From Candidatus Aegiribacteria sp. (GTDB lineage: Bacteria > Fermentibacterota > Fermentibacteria > Fermentibacterales > JCC-6): 42,127 nt of DNA. Positions 17,629-26,390 of the stretch are shown in pieces. The stretch spans positions 1-42,127 of the forward strand of contig JAWOBF010000013.1 of NCBI GenBank assembly GCA_046498225.1. Direction: 5' to 3'. Numbering within the stretch: position 1 is the first letter of the stretch; each line of letters opens with the position of its first letter. The notes below the pieces were generated by a model, which did not search any database, was not told the DNA's origin, and was given only the letters and a program-made list of their open reading frames with translations. The position numbers were made by a program, and so were the translations under genes.

Positions 17629-17665
17629 GCGTCCGGCGCCGGTTTTATGAGCCGGCGCCGGATGT
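17629..17665. other. Strong intergenic hairpin without U-tract
   Basis: TCCGGCGCCGG at 17632-17642 pairs with CCGGCGCCGGA at 17652-17662. Confidence 0.6.
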
Positions 17666-17685
17666 TGAAGAAGGAGTGATAATAG

Positions 17686-18528
17686 ATGCGAAAATACCTG
17701 CTACTGTTCCTGGTGCTGGCGTCCGTCCTCTGGGCCCAGCCGGAGGAACCCGGTGCCGAGGACCCCGCCGGCACGGAGGAGGCCGCCGAGGTCACGGAAG
17801 AGCAGACCGGACCGGCGGAGGAGACCCCTGAGGACGACGCGGCCGGTGAGACCGCCGGAACGCCCGAGGGGGAGGAAGTGGAGCGCGCTCAGAGCGCCAG
17901 CATGGACCTGAAGGACCTGTTCATAGCAGGCGGACCGTTCATGTACCCGCTGCTCCTGGCCCTTCTCATAGGCGTGGCCGTTACGGTCGAGAGATTCATA
18001 AGCTACAAGAAGGTAAAGATCGATGTAGGCCCGTTCCTTGAAAAACTGGGCGGATTCATCCGCAAGGGAGACGTCGAGGGAGCAGAGGAACTCTGCGAGC
18101 GGACCAGGGGCCCTGTGGCCGCCATCATGCACGCGGGACTCCTCAGACACGACAAGGGCCTGGAAGCCGTGGAGAAAGCGGTGGAGAGCGCCGGCGGAAT
18201 AGAGATGGCGTACCTGGAGAAGGGCATAGTCGTGCTCGCTTCGGTATCGAGCATAGCCCCCATGCTGGGGTTCCTCGGGACCGTATCCGGCATGATAAGA
18301 GCCTTCGGCGAGATAGCCGCCGCCAAGAACGTTGAGGCCAGCCTGGTGGCAGGCGGTATTCAGGAAGCCCTGATAACCACCGCCACCGGTCTGTCCATAG
18401 CGATACCGATCCAGATGGCCCACAACTACTTCATATCCAGGATCGGCAGGTTCGTGATAGACATGGAAGAAGCCAGCATATTCCTGGTGGATACACTGGC
18501 TGAGATGGAGCACCTGAAGCAGCTTTAA
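17686..18528 (+). CDS. exbB: MotA/TolQ/ExbB proton channel protein with signal peptide and acidic N-terminal linker
   Basis: GGPFMYPL, APMLGFLGTVSGMIRAF and GIQEALITTATGL motifs. Confidence 0.93.
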   Translation: MRKYLLLFLVLASVLWAQPEEPGAEDPAGTEEAAEVTEEQTGPAEETPEDDAAGETAGTPEGEEVERAQSASMDLKDLFIAGGPFMYPLLLALLIGVAVTVERFISYKKVKIDVGPFLEKLGGFIRKGDVEGAEELCERTRGPVAAIMHAGLLRHDKGLEAVEKAVESAGGIEMAYLEKGIVVLASVSSIAPMLGFLGTVSGMIRAFGEIAAAKNVEASLVAGGIQEALITTATGLSIAIPIQMAHNYFISRIGRFVIDMEEASIFLVDTLAEMEHLKQL

Positions 18529-18537
18529 GGAGCATGG

Positions 18538-19287
18538 ATGCGGATACGTAACAGACCGAGAGCAAGCGGGGCCATCCCCGACGCCTCAATGTCCGACATT
18601 GCGTTCCTGCTGCTGATATTCTTCCTGGTGACCACCACCTTCGAAGTGCAGAAGGGCATAGCCTACAAGCTTCCGAAGAAGCCTGACGAGGATACGGAGG
18701 AGGTGGTTATCGACGAGACCAACAGGCTTGTCATGACCATCAAGCAGTGGGGTGCCCATGAGTACGTGGCCCTGATAGACCAGGCGCCGCCCGAGGGACC
18801 GCTGCGAAGAGCCAGGGCCGGAGAGGATGTGAGCCTGCAGGATACCACCCTGCAGAGCGGCATCAGGACCCTGGCCGCCGAGAGGGCGGAACCGCTCTCA
18901 GCGGTGGAAAGCAGGCTGCTCGGTAATCTGGAAGTGGCGAAGGACCTTCCATCGGGAACCTTCCGTTCCCTGGAAACGGCCATCGCCGCCGAGAACCTCA
19001 TCCCCACTATCCGCCATGGTATCATTCGAAGAACCATGGGCGCCGGAACTCCGGTGGACGAGAGCCCGGTCTTCGGCGAGATAGCGTTCGGGGACACCCT
19101 GGTGCTGTCCGACGCGCGGCAGGGTGAGATAGCATCGGCGGTGAGGGAGAGCGAACTCGTGGTCATCCTGAAATTCTTCCCTGACTGTGATTACGAGGGC
19201 ATGGTAAATGCTCTGGACGTGCTGCGCATGAACGGCGTGAGCAGGACCGGTATCACCATTCAGGAGCGGATGGGAGGTGGCGCGTAA
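18538..19287 (+). CDS. exbD: ExbD/TolR family protein, long form
   Basis: SMSDIAFLLLIFFLVTTT TM motif; C-terminal VVILK...YEGMVNALDVL. Confidence 0.88.
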   Translation: MRIRNRPRASGAIPDASMSDIAFLLLIFFLVTTTFEVQKGIAYKLPKKPDEDTEEVVIDETNRLVMTIKQWGAHEYVALIDQAPPEGPLRRARAGEDVSLQDTTLQSGIRTLAAERAEPLSAVESRLLGNLEVAKDLPSGTFRSLETAIAAENLIPTIRHGIIRRTMGAGTPVDESPVFGEIAFGDTLVLSDARQGEIASAVRESELVVILKFFPDCDYEGMVNALDVLRMNGVSRTGITIQERMGGGA

Positions 19288-19751
19288 TGAAGTTCAAGAG
19301 CAGAATGAAGGTTGGAAGCAATATCTTCACCGGGACAATGGCGGATATAGTCTTCCTTCTTCTGGTTTTCTTCATGGCCACTACCCTGTTCAAGGAAGAA
19401 GGAGGACTCAGGGTACGTTTTCCCCAGGCGCATCCGGAGATAATGAGCGAGCTGGGCAGACAGTTCCTCACGGTCAACGTCTGGATAAAACAGGTGGAGC
19501 CGGGGAACGACCAGAGCGAGGTCATCGCCCGAGTAGGCGATTACGACATGCCTCTCAACCAGGTCCCGGAGCAGCTGAGCCTTCTCAGCAGCAAGTTCTG
19601 GAGAGAACAGAACAAGAGGCTGGACGTGGTTGTGCTCAACATCGACACCAGGGTTCCAATGGCCGAAATATCGGAACTCTTCAACTCCATGCGGTACGAG
19701 GAACTCTACAGCATTCAGTTCAATGCTGAAGAGCTCGGACTGTACAACTGA
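19287..19751 (+). CDS. exbD: ExbD/TolR family protein
   Basis: MADIVFLLLVFFMATT; TAATG coupling. Confidence 0.88.
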   Translation: MKFKSRMKVGSNIFTGTMADIVFLLLVFFMATTLFKEEGGLRVRFPQAHPEIMSELGRQFLTVNVWIKQVEPGNDQSEVIARVGDYDMPLNQVPEQLSLLSSKFWREQNKRLDVVVLNIDTRVPMAEISELFNSMRYEELYSIQFNAEELGLYN

Positions 19752-19762
19752 AGGGAGGAGCA

Positions 19763-20428
19763 ATGGCTGAGAAAAGAACAGAGTTCAGGCATTCCTCCCT
19801 GAACTTCGAGATAGGAGTGGCCATTGGCCTTGCGCTTCTGGTAATCCTCTTCGAAATGATCCCCCCCAGTCAGCTGGGAAGGCTTTCCACCCGTACAACA
19901 GACTCCGAGATAGAGGCTGTGGAAACGGACCTGGCCTTCGACGACACGGTGGAGGAACAGGAAGAGGAAGTCGAGGAGGAGCAGGAAGAGCTGGAGCAGG
20001 AAACGGAACAGATGGTAGAGGAGATCGATCAGGACATAACCATGTCGCTGGATGCCGACACCACAGGTCTGGAGACCGTTGAAACGGTGGAGCAGGCTGA
20101 TGAGCAGCAGGAATCCGACACGGAGGAGATGGGACCTCCCAGGTTCATGCCGGCGGAGGTCTTTCCCAACTGCACCTACAAGCCGCCCCCCCAGTACCCG
20201 GATATGGCGGCCCAGGCGGGAGTGGAGGGAACCGTGACCCTATGGGTCTACGTCGCCGCCGACGGAACGGTTTCGGACGTGAGACTGTACAACTCCAGCG
20301 GTGTCAACTCCCTGGACCAGGCGGCGCTCGACGCAGCCTGGAACACCAGGTGGACACCGGCGCAGAACAACAACATCCCGGTGGGAGTCTGGACTACCCT
20401 CACGTACAACTTCGTCCTGACGGATTAG
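19763..20428 (+). CDS. tonB: Energy transducer TonB
   Basis: N-terminal TM, acidic linker, then PQYPDMAAQAGVEGTV...SSG...LDQAAL...WTPA. Confidence 0.92.
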   Translation: MAEKRTEFRHSSLNFEIGVAIGLALLVILFEMIPPSQLGRLSTRTTDSEIEAVETDLAFDDTVEEQEEEVEEEQEELEQETEQMVEEIDQDITMSLDADTTGLETVETVEQADEQQESDTEEMGPPRFMPAEVFPNCTYKPPPQYPDMAAQAGVEGTVTLWVYVAADGTVSDVRLYNSSGVNSLDQAALDAAWNTRWTPAQNNNIPVGVWTTLTYNFVLTD

Positions 20429-20551
20429 ACACGGATTGTAAGAATGGAAATGGAAGAGAAGAACAATATCAATGAATCGCGGTCAGAGCGGAGGGGGACC
20501 AGGAGGGAACCCCCCGCCGCCGCGAAATATGAATTGGAGGTGAAGGAGAGT

Positions 20552-22786
20552 ATGAGGAACTCCTGGTACACTCGCGGGTTCCTGGTACTCACGGTGCTTG
20601 CGGTGTTCACACTGTCAGGTACCGGCCTTGCGAGGGAAGTTCAGGAAGTGGAGATGCCCAGAGACGCCGGGACAGACGCCCGGCCTCCCGTGGTAACCAT
20701 GCTGATGAACCTCGCAGAAGTTTGGAGTGCCTTTTTCAACCTTGGAATGTATGGCGATCCCTGGGAGAACTTTCCCGGGATGGAATGGCCCGGCGGTGAG
20801 GGCAGCGGATATCTCTGGGCAGGAGATGTCTGGAGCTGCGTCTACGGCCCGGTAACCATATGGGGAGACTCCCTTGGGCCATGGGCCAGCTGCAGCGACT
20901 ACGGCAACTGGGAGCTTCGTCCCAGTGAGGGCTACGCCGCAGAGAAGCTCCAGCCGGGGCCCACCGCCCTGGAGGAGACCCACTACGGTTTCGACGACTG
21001 GGACACGGTAAACAACCCGGATCCCTACGGAATATTCTTCTACACGGAGAACTACGACTGGGGAACTCCGGGCTACAACAACTTCATAGCCGGAGACTTC
21101 ATCGTCCAGCACTTCAGCGAACACGGCAACCCCGGAGTGCCTCTGGACGGCATGCTGTTCGGGATAAGGGGCGACTGCGACGTCGCCACCGCCGACGTGG
21201 TGGAAGCCAACCTCGACGACCTGGTCTACTACGACGGCCACGCCATCTGGTGCAACGACGCCGAGGCCACCTTCGATTACCAGTTCGACGACGGTACTCT
21301 GGCCAGCGAGCAGGACGACTACACCTACCAGCAGAACCCCGACAACCCGCTGGACCCCGAGGACCCCAACAACATCTGGTACTACTACAACTACCGGGGA
21401 TCCGACGGCGTTCCGGACAACGACGTGAACGGCGACGGGGTGAGCGACCACTTCACCATCCTGTTCAAGACCGTGGGCGGCGACACCGTATGGCTGCCTG
21501 CGAACACCGCCGGCCTGATCCCCTTCTCCGACGGAATGCCGGAGAACAGCTGGGCCCATGAGGTGGGCGATACCACCTACCACGTGGTCCCCAGGAACAT
21601 GAGCTACATGTGGGACAGCGACAGCCCGGCTTCCAGCGCCGACGACAGCGGAGAACCGAGCATCGACCCTCCCTGCAACGGCTACATCGGCTACCGCCTG
21701 CTTGACTTCTACATCGTAAAGGCCAACGGAACCATAGAGCGGCCTATCGATGTCTACGACGTCCCCATTCCCATATCCCACTCCTGGTGGAACTGGGAGA
21801 GCGACCCGGGAATCGATGAGGAAAGGTACAACTACATGTGGGGCAGGAACCCGGACCTCAACGGCAGGACCAGCGGTCCGCTGTACATGGGCGACTGGGT
21901 CGGGAACCCCAACACTCCCGACGCCTTCGTGCCGGACAACCCGGGACCCTTCCCAATCGTGTACGACAACCCGAAGGCCCTGGATTATCCTGTGTTCGAC
22001 TACAGGTTCCTGTTATCCGCGGGACCGGTGAACCTGGAGGACGGGGATACCCTTCACGTGGCAGGCGGGTGGATTGTGGCCCTGGGACTTGAAGGTCTCC
22101 GCCAGTCGGCCGACGATATGCTGGACGCCTTCTACCGCGACGGCGGATGGGGAGTGCCCTCGCTTCCGCCAACGCCGATACTGTTCTACTCGGCGGGTAA
22201 CGGAGAGGTCCTGCTGGAATGGGGTTCCAATGCGGAATCCTACGATCCGCTGGGAGGATACAACATCTACAGGACCACCTTCGATCCTTCCGGATGGGAA
22301 CTCGTCGATACGGTTGCCCCGGGAACCTTCTCCTACACGGATGAAACGGTTACCAACGGGTTCCCCTACTACTACGTGGTATGCTCCTACGATTCCGAGA
22401 CGAACGTGGAGAGCACCAAGTCCAACTACAAGCAGACCATAGAGGGAACCCCGCAGGCGGTAACGCCTGTAATGGGCACCGACGACAACTGGGCCGAGAA
22501 CGTAACAGTCGTGCCCAACCCCTACAGGGGTTCGGCCGCATGGGAGCAGACCTACTTCGACAAGATCGCCTTCGTGAACCTGCCCTCCATGTGCGACATT
22601 CATATTTACACTCTTGCCGGAGATCACGTCATCACCCTGGAGCACCGCAGCTGGAACGAGCTGGAAGGCATGGCCTTCTGGGACCTCATCAGCCGCAACG
22701 ACCAGGAGGTGACCCCCGGTCTCTACATCTACCGTGTCGAGACCGAGGATGACTACGTCATCGGCAAGTTTGCCATCATAAAGTAG
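20552..22786 (+). CDS. Secreted acidic protein with FN3 domain and T9SS/FlgD-like C-terminal domain
   Basis: Start moved to the ATG after GGAGG/AAGGAG, which gives a signal peptide; EWPGG.G.GYLW; FN3-like VLLEW...GYNIYR...YTD.TVTNG..YYYVV; CTD VVPNPY...IHIYTLAG...WDL...GLYIY...GKFAIIK. Confidence 0.85.
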   Translation: MRNSWYTRGFLVLTVLAVFTLSGTGLAREVQEVEMPRDAGTDARPPVVTMLMNLAEVWSAFFNLGMYGDPWENFPGMEWPGGEGSGYLWAGDVWSCVYGPVTIWGDSLGPWASCSDYGNWELRPSEGYAAEKLQPGPTALEETHYGFDDWDTVNNPDPYGIFFYTENYDWGTPGYNNFIAGDFIVQHFSEHGNPGVPLDGMLFGIRGDCDVATADVVEANLDDLVYYDGHAIWCNDAEATFDYQFDDGTLASEQDDYTYQQNPDNPLDPEDPNNIWYYYNYRGSDGVPDNDVNGDGVSDHFTILFKTVGGDTVWLPANTAGLIPFSDGMPENSWAHEVGDTTYHVVPRNMSYMWDSDSPASSADDSGEPSIDPPCNGYIGYRLLDFYIVKANGTIERPIDVYDVPIPISHSWWNWESDPGIDEERYNYMWGRNPDLNGRTSGPLYMGDWVGNPNTPDAFVPDNPGPFPIVYDNPKALDYPVFDYRFLLSAGPVNLEDGDTLHVAGGWIVALGLEGLRQSADDMLDAFYRDGGWGVPSLPPTPILFYSAGNGEVLLEWGSNAESYDPLGGYNIYRTTFDPSGWELVDTVAPGTFSYTDETVTNGFPYYYVVCSYDSETNVESTKSNYKQTIEGTPQAVTPVMGTDDNWAENVTVVPNPYRGSAAWEQTYFDKIAFVNLPSMCDIHIYTLAGDHVITLEHRSWNELEGMAFWDLISRNDQEVTPGLYIYRVETEDDYVIGKFAIIK

Positions 22787-22793
22787 GAGAGGA

Positions 22794-23783
22794 GTGACCA
22801 TGAAGTATACAGGACTAATCCTGACAGCAGCGGTCGCCGTTTTCCTGCTGTTTCCGGTCTCTGCCGAAGCAAGTTCCTTTGCCAAGGTCGGAACCTCCGG
22901 CGCGCAGTTCCTGAAACTGGGACTGGGTGCCCGGGGAGCCGCGATGGGTGGAGCCTTTATCGCAACCGCCGATGATCCCAGCGCCGCATACTGGAACCCG
23001 GCCGCCCTGGTCAGGGTCCCGGGTACGCAGGTGCAGATCACCGGCATGCAGTGGTTCGCGGACATACTCTACGGGGGCGGCATAGTCTCCCATGAGGTCG
23101 CGGGCGTCGGGACTTTCGCCGCCCAGTTCGCACTTCTGCAGTCCGGCGATATGGACGTTACCACCGTCACGCATCCCGAGGGCACCGGAGAAACCTTCTC
23201 ATGTTCCGACATGGCGGCGGGTCTCTCCTTCTCCAGAATGCTCACTGACAGGTTCAGCGCCGGTCTGACGATGAAGTACGTCAGAGAGCAGTGGGATGAC
23301 GTTTCCGCCGGCGGACTGGCCGTGGACATCGGCACCCTCTACGACACGGGTTTCAAGACCCTTCGTATAGGAATGACCATACAGCACTTCGGTGGTGAGC
23401 TGACCCCCGACGGAGAGTACACCACGTACTACAGCGGCGGAGATTCCACAGAGGTATACGAGTCATACTCGATGCCCATGATGTTCAAGCTTGGCATGGC
23501 AATGGATATCATCAGCCGCGGCCCTCATTTCATGACGGTCGAGATTGATGGTATTCATCCCAGCGACAACGTCGAGCAGCTTGGAATAGGCGCCGAGTAC
23601 TGGTACAACAATATGTTCGCCCTCAGAGGCGGCTACCGTATAAACACGGATGAAGAAGGTCTTACCGCCGGAGCCGGGTTCAACATCCCGATGGGCGATC
23701 AGACCATATCACTGGACTACGCGTATGCGGACTGGAACAGGCTGGACATGGTTCACAGAGCCGGCATAGGGTTCGCATTCTAG
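22794..23783 (+). CDS. PorV/PorQ-like (UPF0164) outer-membrane beta-barrel
   Basis: GAQFLKLGLGARGAAMGGA...DPSAAYWNPA; ALRGGY; C-terminal GIGFAF. Confidence 0.88.
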   Translation: MTMKYTGLILTAAVAVFLLFPVSAEASSFAKVGTSGAQFLKLGLGARGAAMGGAFIATADDPSAAYWNPAALVRVPGTQVQITGMQWFADILYGGGIVSHEVAGVGTFAAQFALLQSGDMDVTTVTHPEGTGETFSCSDMAAGLSFSRMLTDRFSAGLTMKYVREQWDDVSAGGLAVDIGTLYDTGFKTLRIGMTIQHFGGELTPDGEYTTYYSGGDSTEVYESYSMPMMFKLGMAMDIISRGPHFMTVEIDGIHPSDNVEQLGIGAEYWYNNMFALRGGYRINTDEEGLTAGAGFNIPMGDQTISLDYAYADWNRLDMVHRAGIGFAF

Positions 23784-23798
23784 CTGACTTCAAGAAAA

Positions 23799-23826
23799 AT
23801 CGGGGCAGGTGAGGGCCTGCCCCGGT
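23799..23826. other. Intergenic hairpin
   Basis: CGGGGCAGG-N6-CCTGCCCCG, preceded by AAAAA. Confidence 0.5.
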
Positions 23827-23838
23827 CGGAAGGGATGA

Positions 23839-24987
23839 ATGACACTTACAGCGCTGGTGCTGGCAGCCGTTACCGGGTTCCAGACCATCTGGAGCGCCGA
23901 GCCGGCCCGAGGGCCGGAAGGCGGTTCGGTGCACCTCACCGTGCAGTTCAACGAGGGGGATCTCCTCTTCGTCATGGACAGCGGCGGGGAGACCGGTTCC
24001 TGGGAGCTGGCGGCCGGGGTGGACGGAACTTTCCCGGTCAGGAAAAGCGGCAGGGTGGAGAGGGGCGATATGCCCGTCTCGGAGGAGCTGACACTAACCG
24101 GGCTTCGGCCAGGTGAACACCTCCTCACCCTGATGATGACCGACCTGGAAACCGGAAACAGCACCGTGTGGGAAGAGACCATCGAGATCAACCTCCTTGA
24201 CAGCGTGTCCTGGTCCTCCGGCAACCTTCAGGTCGCCGGCGGCACCTACAGAAGGGCCGCCGACACCGCCAGGGTCAGCTGGAGGGTCTATCCGCCCCTG
24301 AGCAGGACGGTATACACGGACACTCTTGAAGCGGCATTCGTCATGCGGGACGCAGGCGGTGTCACGGAGAGGGAGGGCTGGATGAACATGGTCTACTCGA
24401 ATGGTTCCTACAGTGGAACCGCGCTGCTGGACCTGGAAGACCTGGAGGCAGGCACCCACGAGGTGCTTGCGGCCATTGTGTCGGCCAGTGAGATAGTGAC
24501 GGCGGCCAGGACCGAACTGCGTCTTCTGCAGGCATGGGATGTCTGGGGGAACGACCCGGACCTGACCGAGACCCTGATAAGGCCCATCGCCCGTCCATCC
24601 GAACTCAACCGGATGAACGACGCTGAGGGATACTCCAGCAGACGCGCCGTCATGGCCGAGTTCTGGCAGCAGAGGGACCCTACACCGGGAACCCCAAGGA
24701 ACGAGTACCTGGAAATGTACCTGGCGAGACTGGACGAGATTGACCGAAGGTTCTCGGTCATGAACATGAAGGGCATAAATACCGATCAGGGACGTGTATA
24801 CGCCCTGCTGGGAGAGCCCGACATAATCGAGTCCAGGCCCATGGAGACATCCACCCGTCCAACCCAGGTATGGACCTACTGCTCGCCGCCCATAGAAGTG
24901 CCGTTCATCGATTACGACGGTGTTGGAATATATGAGCTTGCGACTGAATGGGAGGAGGTGAAGAGATTCCATGAGAGGCATAACTGA
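23839..24987 (+). CDS. GWxTD-domain protein (variant GINTD)
   Basis: FWQQRDPTPGTPRNE...GINTDQGRVYALLGEPD...QVWTY. Confidence 0.85.
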   Translation: MTLTALVLAAVTGFQTIWSAEPARGPEGGSVHLTVQFNEGDLLFVMDSGGETGSWELAAGVDGTFPVRKSGRVERGDMPVSEELTLTGLRPGEHLLTLMMTDLETGNSTVWEETIEINLLDSVSWSSGNLQVAGGTYRRAADTARVSWRVYPPLSRTVYTDTLEAAFVMRDAGGVTEREGWMNMVYSNGSYSGTALLDLEDLEAGTHEVLAAIVSASEIVTAARTELRLLQAWDVWGNDPDLTETLIRPIARPSELNRMNDAEGYSSRRAVMAEFWQQRDPTPGTPRNEYLEMYLARLDEIDRRFSVMNMKGINTDQGRVYALLGEPDIIESRPMETSTRPTQVWTYCSPPIEVPFIDYDGVGIYELATEWEEVKRFHERHN

Positions 24988-26278
24988 GCTTGTCATGGTC
25001 CTGCTCGTGTGTTTCCTCTGGAGCGAGGCCGGCGGGGCGGACCTGGCGTCCGTCAGCACCGGCGACATCCGGTTCGGAATAGACACGGCTCTCTTCGACT
25101 ATACCGGAACCGACACACTGGGCATGGAGATATATCAGCAGCTGGACCTTCAGCAGTTCTCCATGGACCAGGATTCAGTTGTCAGGTTCATCACCACGGC
25201 CGTTGTCACCGCAGCAGGCGGTGACACCACAGCCGTTGACCAGTGGAGCACCGAGACGGAATGGATCCCCGGAAGGTCCGCCGTGAATTCCACGGTGCTG
25301 CCCATGATACCCGGAGACCACACCCTTACCGTGATCGTTACCGATACGGGCAACGGACAGCAGGGCAGGGTGGTAAGGGATATCAGGGCAGAGCCCATCG
25401 GCAGGGTGAGCGACATCGAGCTCGCCCGGGCGGTAGTTCCCTCTCCGGAGGGGTCCACCAGCATCCTCAGGAAAGGTGAGGTCCTGGTGTTCCCCGCCGC
25501 GAATGGAAGTTTTTCGCTTCCCGAGGAGCATACCGCATACTACTACGTCGAACTGTACGACCTGGGCGGAAGCTCGGTACAGATACAGGGCAGACTCGAG
25601 ACAGCAGCCGGGGAAACCATCTTCGCCAGGCCATGGGTATCGGTAAGCATACCCGAAGGAGCCGGTTCGGTGGGCCTGGTTGACAGTCTCGACCTTCGGA
25701 CGGCCCGCACCTCAGGCCTGCACAGGCTGGTGTTCGGTGTTAGGTCCGGGGAGGACACCCTGGAGACGGAAAAGTACCTTGTGGTGGGCAGGAGTCTGGA
25801 AGCGGACTCCGTCGCACCGGTGGACGAAACCGCGGACATTCCTTATCCCGGACAGTTCAGGCTCATCCTGTCCGCAAGTGAGCGGGGAGTTTTCGACAGT
25901 CTGGACGAAGAGGCCAGGAGCAGGTTCTACTCCGCGTACTGGCAGAGTTCTCCCGGTCAGCGGGAGGCCTTCGAACAGCGGTGCGAAGAGGCTGAAAGAA
26001 GATATTCCAGCCCATACAGGGAATCCTGGGAAACCGACCGGGGAAGGGTCTACATCATCTACGGCCCCCCTGACGATATCGAAGCAGTGAGCTTTCAGGG
26101 AGAGCAGGTGCCGTACGAGATCTGGTACTACTACGGACTGGGGAACGAGAGATTCGTTTTCGCGGACAGGACTGGAACAGGTCTGTACGAGCAGGTATTC
26201 TCCACTATTGAGGGCGAAGTCAGTTACACGAACTGGGAGAGAATGATAGCCCCCGTATCAGGCGGGATGGGCCAGTGA
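24971..26278 (+). CDS. GWxTD-domain protein
   Basis: Signal peptide; SWETDRGRVYIIYGPPD...YEIWYY...FVFAD..G.G.Y. Confidence 0.88.
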   Translation: MRGITELVMVLLVCFLWSEAGGADLASVSTGDIRFGIDTALFDYTGTDTLGMEIYQQLDLQQFSMDQDSVVRFITTAVVTAAGGDTTAVDQWSTETEWIPGRSAVNSTVLPMIPGDHTLTVIVTDTGNGQQGRVVRDIRAEPIGRVSDIELARAVVPSPEGSTSILRKGEVLVFPAANGSFSLPEEHTAYYYVELYDLGGSSVQIQGRLETAAGETIFARPWVSVSIPEGAGSVGLVDSLDLRTARTSGLHRLVFGVRSGEDTLETEKYLVVGRSLEADSVAPVDETADIPYPGQFRLILSASERGVFDSLDEEARSRFYSAYWQSSPGQREAFEQRCEEAERRYSSPYRESWETDRGRVYIIYGPPDDIEAVSFQGEQVPYEIWYYYGLGNERFVFADRTGTGLYEQVFSTIEGEVSYTNWERMIAPVSGGMGQ

Positions 26279-26390
26279 TCTCCCTTTCAATGGAAGGTGA
26301 TAAAGGAAGAATGCCCCAGCAGCGAGAACGGAAAATGAGGCATTTGATTTTGTTCATGCGGTTAGAAGCCGCTGAAATAGGAGGTCAAAT

